Positions 12,639 through 24,624 of a stretch of 64,000 nucleotides of DNA are shown in pieces. Source of the DNA: Podarcis melisellensis (lineage: Eukaryota); the NCBI GenBank assembly GCA_964234715.1, contig OZ174283.1; one strand, written 5' to 3'. The notes beneath the pieces were generated by a model. The model was not told where the DNA came from, did not search any database, and saw nothing but the letters and a program-made list of their open reading frames with translations. The position numbers and the translations under genes are program-made. Numbering within the stretch: position 1 is the first letter of the stretch; the number at the start of each line of letters is the position of its first letter.

Positions 12639-15349
12639 GTAAGAGCTGTTTTCAAATACTAAATCTTGCTTTCATTAAAAACAATAAGTGCATATTTGAA
12701 AATACTTTATTACTTTGGATTTCAGTAATTCCTTCTGAATAGTTTCACTGCCTGTATTCCATATTGTGTGCTAAGCTGATAATGAGGACACTAGCTATTA
12801 TTCTATAAGTAGCCTTTTAAAATGCAATTTGGACATTTTATCTCAACCACACATGGAAGTCTTTTCAAATCACTTTTATTGGGTGTCATAAGTACAGTAA
12901 AAAGAAATTTAATGCTTGGTTCCCCCCCCCCCCTCAAATGGGTCACTTTGTAGACCCAGTTAGAAATCTGTAATTTAGCTGGGGCTGTACATAAAGAAAT
13001 CACTTGTGCCACTGTATCCTTGCTAATAAATTAATGGTTAAATGCTGAAGCAAGGTTCCCATTGACCCAATTGTGATAGGTTCCCTGACAGAAGTGCCTG
13101 GGCTCCAAGCTCAGCAACTATGGAGGTGTCACTAAAGGGGGGGGCAAGGATAAGGTAAGCAGTTCATTGAGCCACCAGCTACTGATCATGAAACTACTTC
13201 TGGAAAGTACTTTGTATGTGGGTTGATGACAGAGCCATGGTTTGAAGTGAGACTGCTGTAAGAGACAAATGAAGAATACATGGGAGAAGGAAAATAGGAC
13301 TTGAAAACTGTTTGGAGAGAGGGAGCGAAACAAGTGTTAGCACTAAAGGAGCACTAAAAGATATAGGCATGATAGTAAGAGTGTGGGCACTCAATACTTA
13401 TGGGCCTCAGCCTGTCTTATAGGGTGATAAATGGGTTTTTATAACTGACATAGGGCCAGAATGACAGATTAGTTGCTTGAAGTGCCAGGGTTCATGAAAG
13501 AATCCAGATACAGGCACACATGTCTAACTTGTTTCTGACCCAGACCCAGCAGATGATCCTCATATGCTTGGCTAACAGCATGAAATCAGTGTGAAATCAA
13601 GGCCCTCCAGATTTTCCTGAGCCCTTTCTTTCCTCTATAGCCTTTCCCTTGAAGTAATGAGACAGGGTCTTTGTTAGCTCCCATGGTTCTTTGCCTATCA
13701 GGATGCAACTGAGAGCGTGTGGAGCAGTGTCCAAAGATGTTGTGGAACATGGGATATATGACACACTCCCAGCAGAGTCTAGGGACAGTGGTACATAAGA
13801 GGATTGTTACACACTACTCTTGACAGGACTGGACATTGCTGTACATGGTGACAGTATATGTACAGGACCTGAAGGACATTGCTTCCTATGGAGCTGACTA
13901 CCCCAAAATTTTCTAGGCTTGAGGAAGTAAAATGCAGAATTGATATTAGGAATTGATACCACAGAGAGGACTGCAGATCCACATTAGAGAATGTACTCCA
14001 CATTGGATTATCTATCAGCCTCTAATATCACATAGTACTCCTGACTATTGGCTGCATCAGTGGCTAAATGTTTCAGCTTGCCAAAAGAGAATCCATCGTG
14101 CACCATAATACTTTCACACTCTTTTGTCCAGATTTTGTCTTGGTTTACAGCCATGAAAATCCATCTGCGAGGGAAAACCAGTGAGGCGTTTGGATGTCTT
14201 ACACCATTATCACTTTTTACTAAATGCATGTCATTAATCTATTTTATAATTTTTCCTAGCTGAATCAGCTTTTCTTTTTTTTAAAAAAAAAAAGATTCAT
14301 AATTATTTATTAGTTTGTATTCCAAGCATCCTTTCGTGGCAATTACTGCACCTTTTCAGACTGTATCATTAGAAATGATACTTTGCCACATTTCCCCAGT
14401 TTTGCAACTTTATTCCCAGATGTGGTAGAGCCTATTGTGCCCTCTGCTTGTGTTAGAACAGTCTGGGTTGCACAGCTCTGTTTTCTCAGGTATCATAAAT
14501 AAATCAACCAGAAGTAATTGATAGTGGCTGTCCGTTCAAAAACAATCAATGGTAGTCTGCAAGTCTTTTGTGACACATTCCTAAAATGTCAGTTTCATTG
14601 CAACCAGCCAATCAATAAGTTTATTTAAAGCGACTTTAAGAAATAACAAATGACTTTGTTAGCTTAAACTAAAAATGAATAAGTGTGAGAGATCCATATA
14701 CGTATACCCAACAAATATAAGGAGCTTAACCTAGGAGGTGAAAATCTTGGGGGGAAATATTTTAGATTCCTACAGATTTATTTATTTATTTTAATCTAGG
14801 GCTAGTTGCTTTCTTTTCACACTGTAACTTCCCCATGTAAAAGTTGGTTAACAACATTAATTAGGATCCAGGGCATGGATCCTTGAAAGAAATACTATGA
14901 TTAAGGAGAAGGATTTTTAAGCCAACTGTCAGTATGGAAGAAAAGGAGCAGTTTGCACTTTATCACATGCTTAACATTTGGTAATTTTACAGAAGTTGCT
15001 TCTGTGTTAAGGTTGTGTTTCTGTGGCCCTCGCTTGAAATACTGGCTACTTCCCATACTACCCAAGTTAACTACTGTTATATATTTGCTGAGGAACAGGT
15101 GAAAAGTAATGTGTAGCAGGTGCTTCTAATGCATTCAGCGATTGAATGGGGCAGCCAACTTGTTGCCCTCCAGGTATTACTGGACTACAACTTGCCTTAA
15201 CCGCAGCCACCATGGCCAAGGTTTAGGGATGTTGGAAGTTGTAGTGTTGGAACAGCAATGAACCAAAAACAAACCCCTGTGTTTCAATAAGAACCAATCA
15301 CAACAATACAAACACAACACGTAGACTAATAGTTAGTAGAAAATATATA

Positions 15350-16683
15350 CAGTGGTGCCCCGCTAGACGAATGCCTCGCAAGACGAAAAACCCGCAAGAC
15401 GAAAGGGTTTTTCGGTTTTTGCGACGCTTCGCTAGACGATTTTCCCTATGGGCTTGCATCGCAAGACGAAAGCCCATAGGGAAATCTCGGGGACCTTTTT
15501 TTAAATGCTGGCGGTGGGGAGCAAAGCCTTCCCCCCCCTCCGGACTTCAGAAGAGGTCCAGGAAGGCCGGCGGGGGCGAAAGGCTTTGCTCCCCACCGCC
15601 AGCATTTTAAAAGCGGTCCGGGATAGCAGGGAAGCGCTTCCCGCTATCCCGGACGGCTTTTGAAGGCAGGCAGGGGGGGCAAAGACTTTTGCCCCCCCTG
15701 CCTGCCTAACCGGGGGCTTTTAAATCGCCCCGGGACTGTCCGGGGCGATTTAAAAGCCCCCGGACGGCTTTTGAAGCCTCCCCCCGCCGCCCGGCTTCGG
15801 GGCATCGTCCCGATGCCGGGCGGTGGGGCAGGAACGCCTCCCCCAGGCGCCCGGCATAGGAACGATGTCCCGAAGCCGGGCGGCCGGGCGGGAAAGCCTC
15901 CCCCCCCGCCCGGCTTCGGGGCATCGTCCCGATGCCGGGCGGTGGGGCAGGAACGCCTCCCCCAGCCGCCCGGCATCGGAACGATGTCCCGAAGCCGGGC
16001 GGCCGGGCGGGAAAGCCTCCCCCCGCCGCCCGGCTTCGGGGCATCGTCCCGATGCCGGGCGGTGGGGCAGGAACGCCTCCCCCAGCCGCCCGGCATCGGA
16101 ACGATGTCCCGAAGCCGGGCGGCCGGGCGGGAAAGCCTCCCCCCGCCGCCCGGCTTCGGGGCATCATCCCGAAGCCGGGCGGTGGGGCAGGAACGCCTCC
16201 CCCAGCCGCCCGGCTTCGGGGCATCGTCCCGATGCCGGGCGGTGGGGCAGGAACGCCTCCCCCAGCCGCCCGGCTTCGGGGCATCGTCCCGATGCCGGGC
16301 GGTGGGGCAGGAACGCCTCCCCCAGCCGCCCGGCTTCGGGGCATCGTCCCGATGCCGGGCGGTGGGGCAGGAACGCCTCCCCCAGCCGCCCGGCATCGGA
16401 ACAATGTCCCGAAGCCGGGCGGCCGGGCGGGAAAGCCTTTGTCCCCCCTGCCTGCCTTCCCAGGGGCTTTTAAATCGCCCCGGACAGCGGAGAAGTCCTC
16501 CGCTGTCCCGGGCGATTTTAAAATGCCGCCCGCCAGAAGAGGTCGGGGGAAGGCTTTTTCCATAGGAACGTATTAATTGATTTTCAATGCATTCCTATGG
16601 AAAACCGTGCATCGCAAGACGAAAAACTCGCAAGACGAAGAGACTTGCGGAACGAATTAATTTCGTCTTGCGAGGCACCACTG
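15350..16683. mobile_element. Non-autonomous Tc1/mariner (Tigger/pogo-like) element
   Basis: TA on both sides; 22-bp TIR CAGTGGTGCCCCGCTAGACGAA / TTCGTCTTGCGAGGCACCACTG (2 mismatches); repeated subterminal CGCAAGACGAA motifs; no transposase. Confidence 0.9.
15781..16437. repeat. GC-rich minisatellite of 11 x ~60-bp hairpin units (order ABABABAAAAB)
   Basis: Units are visible line by line; each has a CCGCCCGGC...GCCGGGCGG stem. Confidence 0.95.
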
Positions 16684-18600
16684 TAATAGAATAATGATAT
16701 CATTCAAATTATAGTCTTTCCGTTGCAACTTTTGAAAGACCATTGAGAGACTTTACTTTTGAAACTTTTACTTTTGAGATGTCTTCTGTTGAAACTTTTG
16801 AAAGACTATTGTTAGATTGTCCTTAGACATCTGTTTTGAACACATGGCTTGACGGTCCTCACTACCACTCTGTTATATTGTACATATGAACTTTGATTGG
16901 CTTACTCCTATAATTTGAATGATATCATTATTCTATTATATATTTTCTACTATTAGCCTACGTGTTGTGTTTGTATTGTTGTGATTGGAAGTTGTAGTTT
17001 GGCAATATCGGGAGGACATAATGATGACTTTCCCAATGATTAAACACAAACTGTGCAAAGCAGCCTTCTTGAAACACTAGGTTTCTTCCGAGTAAACAAG
17101 GATATCCAATTAATTCAATTAAAGGGTCAAAGCATTTCATTTTAATGCTGTTCAGAGGTTGATTCTGAAATCAGTAGATGACAGTATGATTGTCACAGTT
17201 CAAGTAACAATAATTGGCTTTTTTAACTGGTTTGGATGAATTAGTGATTTTATACACTTACTTAAATAGAACGTAATTGAGTGGTGTCTAAAGTATGAAA
17301 GAAGAGCGCCAGTTTCATTCAGAAGCGTCTTGGTGGAGCTTGCCAAGAAGGGGAGCAGGAGGGGCAGCACTGTTGGAACTGTGCAGGTGCACAATGGGAC
17401 TGCCAGATTAGCTTTCCCCGTGCACCTGCACAGCCTCAACCTCATCATCACTTTGCTTTTCCTCCTCCAGGGAAGCAGCAGTGATCGTAAGCATCACTGC
17501 TGCTGGGATCGTAAGCATTGCCAGGATGCAAGCAATGCAACCCTTCCTACATGGTGAACTGCTTTAGTGGTTGTACATTCATAATAAACATTTAGTGTAG
17601 AAATAAAATTATGGGCAACACCACTTCAGAGTGGTCAGAACTGGGCAACGTATTTACTGGATGAGTACAAAATAATCAGTTTTAGCTGTGATTGCTTCAG
17701 CGGTGGGAATTTGAGGTACCGGTACTTAGGATATAGTAATAAATCATAATAATTTTGCTGATTGATTGATGCTCACTTTTTGAGATTTCACAGTGCTTCT
17801 TGTATAGTAACTCCATGCAACAACCCTTTAGCATAGATCAGTATTATTATTATTCCCATTGCTGATAGGATGCTGAGTCTGAGGATAGTAGCTGGGTTCA
17901 GGCTAAGAAGAGATTTCCCAGTTCACCCTATTAGCCTTTACCTTTCACCAGAACTTGGCCTAGTTTTTCCTAATTTGGAGTGTAAAATAGTAAGTAATGC
18001 ACACAGCAACTAAAGATTGTCTCTAATTTTGGCATATTTAATACTGTTCTGTCTAAGCCTCTGATAACCTATTTGTTGCTGTTAATAAAACATAGTGCTT
18101 TTGACAGCTATGTTATCTCTTAAAGCTGATACAGTGTTTTCCATTATCAGTGTCTCTATTTGTAGCTATTGTGTTATGTTCTTAAGAAGAAATAAATAAA
18201 ATAATGAGTCATTGAGTTGTAGGGGGATCGACTGCCATTGATTGCTACCATCATCATGTGGTTACCTCTAGGTGACTATTCTTATACTGCTAGTTGTGTG
18301 CAAAAGTTAATCTTGTTGGCTTCCCTTCAGCAAAGTATATAAAATCATCTGTCTCGGTGACTGAGTATAGCCATGAAAATGTACTCCTGGTAGCATACAG
18401 GTCAGGATGTTGGCATGCAAGCAGCATATTACGGAAGCTGACACAGGAACTGTGTGTTCCACACTACACTACTTCAAAGATTAACTGTTGAAAATACTTC
18501 AGGCACTGAAGCTTTAATTTAGTAACTTTTTAAAGGCTATAATCAATGCAGCACTACGTAGATGGATAATATGTACATTTTGTGCAATTTCCCCTTGCAG

Positions 18601-18811
18601 TATGACTTTGTGGAACTTTTGGATGGTAGCCGGTTGATTGCAAAGGAACAGCGCAACCTTCTTGAGGCAGAGAGAGCAGGTAGACAGGCAAGGTCTGTCA
18701 GTCTTCATGAAGCAGGTTTCATCCAGTATTTGGATGCTGGGATCTGGCATCTGGCTTTTTATAATGATGGGAAAAATGCAGAACAAGTGTCTTTTAATAC
18801 AATTGTCATAG
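18601..18811 (+). CDS. TENM3: Teneurin-3 exon ([12 protein letters not shown]...RQAR...FNTIVI) with an RXXR furin-type motif
   Basis: ccccttgcag|TATGAC ... GTCATAG|gtaaga; 211 nt, phase 0-1. Confidence 0.96.
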
Positions 18812-19250
18812 GTAAGAATTGCATTCACTGTGTTCGTTTACAAAAGTTGCAAGCTGAACTATTCTCTAATATTTTCTTCTTTGTTGGACAATCTTGAGTA
18901 TTTTGCAGAAAATCTGTTTTGATGGAACACAGTTGTGTCAAAATCTGACTTACTTGAAGTGTACTAAAATATTTATGACATGTTGTTATGCTCTGTTATC
19001 AAAGATCTTGTAATAATTCTATTAAAATAGAATTTTGTTAGAAGTTACTGCTTTAACATTCTACAAGTAATTCAAATGAATTAAGCTCTATTTACATTCT
19101 CAAAGGCAGTAAACAAGCTAAGCAGCACACTCCTAAAAGTGTCTTATTTTGCTATCATTTACAAGTGATTTAAATAAGAGTTCTCTTCTGTTTTTGCTAA
19201 CTGCTGTGATTGCAGGGTATTAGAATTTCTCTTCTTACGGTTCCTTTCAG

Positions 19251-19352
19251 AGTCTGTGGTGGAATGCCCCCGCAATTGCCATGGAAACGGAGAGTGTGTA
19301 TCAGGATCATGCCATTGTTTTGCTGGATTTCTGGGCCCTGATTGTTCAAGAG
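19251..19352 (+). CDS. TENM3: Teneurin-3 exon, EGF repeat 1 ([34 protein letters not shown])
   Basis: ttcctttcag|AGTCTGTG ... TCAAGAG|gtatat; 102 nt, phase 1-1; six-Cys tenascin-type EGF. Confidence 0.95.
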
Positions 19353-19529
19353 GTATATAAATTGAATTCCTTTCTTAAGTCAATACAAATACAGAACAGA
19401 AATACAAGTAGTTACTAGAGCAGCAAGAAAAAGGAACTGAAGTACAACTTGTTGTCTAGATGTTCCTCTGCTTCTAAAGCTTGATTGAAAAGAATTGCGT
19501 TAAGTCTTCTGTCATGTTTTATTTCACAG

Positions 19530-19724
19530 CAGCCTGCCCAGTATTGTGCAGTGGCAATGGGCAGTACTCCAAAGGACGCTGTCTTTGCTACAGTGGCTGG
19601 AAAGGGACAGAGTGTGATGTGCCTACCACCCAGTGTATTGACCCTCAATGCGGAGGTCGTGGGATTTGCATCATGGGCTCTTGTGCCTGCAACTCTGGAT
19701 ACAAAGGAGAAAACTGTGAGGAAG
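19530..19724 (+). CDS. TENM3: Teneurin-3 exon, EGF repeats 2-3
   Basis: atttcacag|CAGCCTGC ... GAGGAAG|gtaaat; 195 nt. EGF2 has Tyr in place of the third Cys ([10 protein letters not shown]), the teneurin dimerisation hallmark. Confidence 0.96.
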
Positions 19725-20749
19725 GTAAATATATAAACATTTACTTAGGATTTGACTGTAATTCTTCAGAAGTGCTTTGCTACACTATTATGTTCTAGGC
19801 CCTAAATATAATACCAAATAAATGCAGATGCTAGCACATTTTAGATTTAATGAAAACATCTATTTTATATGCATATCATTCACATTCAGAATCTTTCAAG
19901 CATATTAAACATAGGATTTAGAAAATCTTTCTTGGACTGTAGACTTTAGTTTCCTTAACTATTGAATGTGTAAATACATTTTAATCTCTTAGCTTGTGAG
20001 CTTGATCTTCTTTGTTACATCACTGAGCTAAGATGAGGTAGGAAAGAAAAAAGATAGTTTGACAAAAGACTCAGTATTTTCACATAGTAGAAGAAATTGC
20101 ATGTACTGAATATCTCCTACATAAACTACATTCCTGAAAGTGCTAATTCAAATCCTTCATGTTGAAAAACAGTACAGAATTTTTCTGTTGTGGTGGTGTA
20201 AATAACTATGATAGCCTTTCCTCTGTGCTGATATTTTTTTCAGATGGAAAAAACCCCACACGTTTCCATTCTCAATCAGATTGATTTTATTGATCTGCAC
20301 ATACAAAGTAATACAATTAAGTCTCTGGAATTAAATTTTCAGACCATTGACCCTACAAGTGTAACGTTTTATTGAGTCAAATTGCTAAATTAAATCTCGT
20401 CAACTAAAGCACATTAAAGTGAATTAAGAAAGATAGAGGGTATGCAAGTCATTTATTTCCTAAACAAGCTGATGGTGGTACACAGCTGTCACAACACAGG
20501 AACAGCAAAGTCCACTAAGACAGTCTATTCATATGCATGGTCTTTGGGCAACAGAACTTCCCCTAACTTGTATTCATTTCAGTAGCTACCTTCAGATGAT
20601 TTCAAACCTGTTTCCTTTGTTCTGAATATTGCAGTAAAGCCATCTTCACTCTGCCCTGGTATAACTCAGAAGATTAATTCATAAAGAGTATTCTTCCTTT
20701 CTAGCTAATGACCAAATCTGTATATAGTATGCACATGCACATCTCTATG

Positions 20750-21170
20750 CTAGAACAGGGAAAGGCCTATTTTCAACAAGGGTTAAATTTTGGAGCAAAC
20801 TAAGCAGCCATAGTAAGAGAAGACATGATAGAGGTGTATAAAATTTTGCATCTCCCTATCTCATAACACTAGACCTTGTAGATAACCAAAGTAGCTGAAT
20901 GTTGAACTATTAAGAACAGAAACAGCACAAAGTTAAACTATGGAATTAGCTTTCACAAGAAGTGGTGGTCACCAACTTGGATGGCTTTAAAAGAAGGTTA
21001 GAAAAATTCATGAGGATAAGGCTACTAGCCATAATGTTTATGTTCTTCCTCCACTATCAGAGACAAGTTGCCTCTAAATTCCCATTGCTGAAAATCACAA
21101 GTGGGGAGAGTGCCATTGCAGTCGGCAGCTGCTTTCAGGCCTTCCATGTGCATCTGGCTTGTTGGCTAGT
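20750..21170 (+). mobile_element. Decayed CR1-type LINE 3' fragment
   Basis: agaagacatgatagaggtgtataaaatt, and ttggatggctttaaaaga...aaattcatgagg (LDGFKRRLEKFM), typical of the CR1 ORF2 end. Confidence 0.7.
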
Positions 21171-21723
21171 TAGGCATGGAACTTGCAGGTATTAGAAAAT
21201 ATGTAGGCACATATATTGGGAATGTAAAGGGGAATTCTAGCTTCTAAGGCTGCAATTCTAGCCATGTCTACTTAGAAATAAGTTCCATGAATTAAGTGGG
21301 TCAGTGGGGTTAGGATGGCAGCCTGTTGCATTCTGTTTTGTTTGCTTGCCTTTATGATTTGAAGCTTGCTTTTTTTAATGAGAGCTAAAATAATCATCAT
21401 TTTGTGTTAGTAAGCCCTGTTCTGCAGCCCCTGCCACAATTACAGCCAGGTCTTTTTCTAGACCTTCTGATGATTAAAGCGTGTACCTCTATTGATTTTT
21501 GCTGCCGCGTTCTGTTAACTTGTAGTTAAAGTAAAAGGAGCATAGCGAGGAATTGAAGGTTTCTTCTGCTTTGTACTCTCTTTTTCAGAGCCTAATAGGA
21601 GCATTATACAGATCACTGAATTGTTGTGCTTCTTTACTCATGTGTAAGAATGAATATACTGTAGCCTAATTCATGGGAAATAACGATAGAACTCATAGAT
21701 GCAAAACTGTCTTCCCGTTTCAG

Positions 21724-21924
21724 CTGATTGTTTAGATCCAGCCTGTTCAAATCATGGTGTGTGCATCCATGGAGAGTGCCATTGTAATCCAGGATGGGGT
21801 GGTAACAACTGTGAAATTCTGAAGACTATGTGTCCAGACCAGTGCTCTGGCCATGGCACGTATCTTCAAGAAAGTGGCACATGCACTTGTGACCCTAATT
21901 GGACTGGTCCTGACTGCTCCAATG
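21724..21924 (+). CDS. TENM3: Teneurin-3 exon, EGF repeats 4-5
   Basis: cccgtttcag|CTGATTGT ... TCCAATG|gtaagg; 201 nt. EGF5 has Tyr for the third Cys ([12 protein letters not shown]). Confidence 0.96.
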
Positions 21925-23301
21925 GTAAGGACTTTTTTTTTTTTAAGAAATCTGTTTGCTTTAACTGTTCATATTGGGCAATATTCTAGAACGATATTAC
22001 ATTTTGGTCCCAGTGTAGCTAAAGGCTATAAGCAATGCAAGCAAAAAGCATGTAGGAATACTTAACTGAAATTGGCCATAGATTGATAGCAGATTGCCAC
22101 CACCAAGACTTGATTCATTTCATTTCATTCATATATTTCCACACCGCTTTTTACCCACATGAGTCTCAAAGCAGCTGACAAACAATATGTAGCAATAACA
22201 TTACAACTGCAACATAAATCATATAGAATAATTAACAAATCAACAGTAAAATCATTTCATTTATTAATACGGGAGTGAGCCAAGTTCACGTCATGTATGC
22301 CTGACCACATGTGCAAAAGTGCCTCACATTCTGCATAGACTTGAAGGTTTCTATTAAACAAACCTCTGCAAATTTCTTCTTCACTTGAAAAATGGTAGTG
22401 CAGTCTTTTTTGCTGAGGTACCAGCCTGCAGCACTATAATAACAAAATTAATATTGTACCTTGTGATGTCGCAGTAAGTCAGTGGTAGCACCTTATGATG
22501 CTTAATGTTTATTTTCTGGCTTAGCCAGTTTATATATATATCCAAGTGCCATTTATGCTCCCACCAGATGGTGGCTGCTGAGTTTACCAAACAATAATGC
22601 TGCCAGGGTCCTACAATGGCACTATTCTTTGGTAGGCCCTACAGCCTGGCTGCAGGAGTGTTGGTGGCATGGCTGCCAGAGAGTGACAGAAGCTGAGGGT
22701 AGCAGTGCAGTGGCAAACAGGCCAAGGGTCAACACCCCTGAGAATAACTAGGCTGACATTAGTCACCACAACATTCCTTTCTTTTCTTTTAAATCATCTT
22801 TTTATAACCAGGTGCGGTGAAGCTACAGCCTCACTGACCATCATCGTTTCCCCACAAATGACTCTGGGTCCCTGCAGGTTCGGAGGCATTGGAAGGGGGT
22901 TGAACATGGTGGGTATGGTTGGAGGATCACTATGCCACTCACTGGCTGCCCAACCTCCACATGTTAAGTAATAATAATGGAAGGAAACATGACCTTTTCC
23001 ATTCTTATCACTGCCTGGTAAGGGAGCGGGTGGAGGTGGGAGGAAGAGAAAAGAATGAACGGGTAGGATTGCAGTAGGATGGTGTGGAAAGAGCAGCAGA
23101 CTGGCAAGTCAGGGTGATGCAGTGTCGGTGGAATGGTGGCGCTCATGGAGGAGCAGCCAGGCCAATATTCCAGGGCTGCTGGTGGTGGTGAGTGGGTGGC
23201 TAGAGAGCTGATTGTGCTCCAGAACCATTGAAACATAGATTAATTACTTTGCTCCTTATTCTCCAAATGTTTCAAATAACCTGTAGATAATCAGTATAAA
23301 A

Positions 23302-23651
23302 GGGACGCGGGTGGCGCTGTGGGTTAAACCACAGAGCCTAGGACTTGCCGATCAGAAAGTTGGCAGTTCAAATCCCCGCAACGGGGTGAGCTCCCATTCC
23401 TTGGTCCCTACTCCTGCCAACCTAGCAGTTCGAAAGCACGTCAAAGTTCAAGTAGATAAAAAGGTACCGCTCCGGTGGGAAGGTAAACAGCGTTTCTGTG
23501 CGCAGCTCTGGTTCGCCAGTAGCAGCTTAGTCATGCTGGCCACATGACCCGGAAGCTGTACACTGGCTCCCTTGGCCAATAAAGCGAGATGAGCACCGCA
23601 ACCTCAGAGTCACCCATGACTGGGCCTAACGGTTAGGGGTCCCTTTACCTT
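23302..23651 (+). mobile_element. Full-length Sauria SINE
   Basis: tRNA-like head with A box (gtggcgctgtgg) and B box (gttcaaatcc), ACCTTT-type tail, and 11-bp TSD TAATCAGTATA (23288-23298, 23652-23662). Confidence 0.93.
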
Positions 23652-24624
23652 TAATCAGTATATACATGTTCCTAATTAAAAAATTGTTTTCTTAGGATTC
23701 TAAGAGGAAAAGGAAAAGTTGTTTTGCTCCACCCAAAGGTTTAGCGGGGGGGGGGGCGTTTAAAATCAACTTTGCTTTCCTCTGTCTTCATCAGCAGTTT
23801 GTCCATTAATTAGCCCTCCAATTCCTCTTCAGTTAAATTAACTCTAATTAATAAGTTCATTACAAAGACTGACGCACCTTGCTTAAAGCAAGTGTGCTAG
23901 AAGCTGATAAACACCTCCACTCTAATGAAAAATTGATTAGATGGAAGACAAAAGGTGGGGCCTCTGAAATAAACCTTTTCCTCCCAGAGCAGGGTTGATG
24001 TTTTGAAGTTAATCCATCCAAGATCTCATAATAAATAAATACATCATTTAGTTCAAAGTAGATATAAAAAGATTATATGAGAAACTCTCTTGGCTCCCAC
24101 ACCTTCTAGCGCATAAAATGTGTCACAAGTCTTGATAGTATGTTTAATGTTCTACAGCTCTTTGAGATACAGCAATGACTTCTCAGGGGAAGGATCCTTT
24201 TCAGCTTCTTTATTATTACATTCCTATTTCAATATCTATCACAAATAATTTCTGATCTTTGTTTCCAGAATTGCTTTTTCTGCTGTTTCTTTCTTTCAGG
24301 AGACAGAAGTCATATAATATGCTTATGAAACATCTTATGGCTGTGCCAGCTTTGTTCTAAGAGTCTTAAACTATATCCCTTAAGCTATGTTTTTCCTCCT
24401 CATATTAGCGCCACAGAAAACTATTCCCTCAAAAAAAGAAGGAGAGATAAATGCAAACTGTAATAGACTGGAGTATTATTTCACACCTTTTATTCAGCTT
24501 GAGAATAAAGTGTTTTATGTAGCTTAGAAAACACTTTATTATTTTAGCAATCACAGTGCATTTTCACAAGATGACAAATACGGAACTGAATACTGTAGAT
24601 GAAAAGTGACCAGCCTACCTCCCA

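Larger units (their letters stand above)
15246..16984. mobile_element. Truncated retroelement with inverted terminal arms and a 14-bp TSD (Penelope-like architecture)
   Basis: TTGGAAGTTGTAGT at 15232-15245 and 16985-16998. The sequence 15294-15349 plus 16686-16714 is the reverse complement of 16908-16988. The family assignment is inferred from architecture only. Confidence 0.65.
15148..17034. mobile_element. Old palindromic squamate MITE split into two halves (15148-15245 and 16985-17034) by later insertions
   Basis: The left half ccctccaggtattactggactacaact pairs with agttgtagtttggcaatatcgggagg in the right half; the joined halves give one short fold-back element. Confidence 0.7.

Noticed and set aside
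13072-13765. Possible solo LTR (TGTGA...TGACA)
   Set aside because: No matching TSD or other diagnostic feature could be confirmed.
15781-16437. CRISPR-like look of regularly spaced palindromes
   Set aside because: The intervening sequences are themselves repeated rather than unique spacers; there are no cas genes and the context is a vertebrate intron.
15644-16576. Five overlapping 214-301 aa Pro/Gly/Arg-rich ORFs on both strands
   Set aside because: By-product of a stop-poor GC-rich 60-bp repeat inside a TIR element; open in many frames at once, with no domain.
23302-23385. tRNA gene
   Set aside because: The A and B boxes belong to the SINE head; no intact cloverleaf, and it continues into SINE body and tail.
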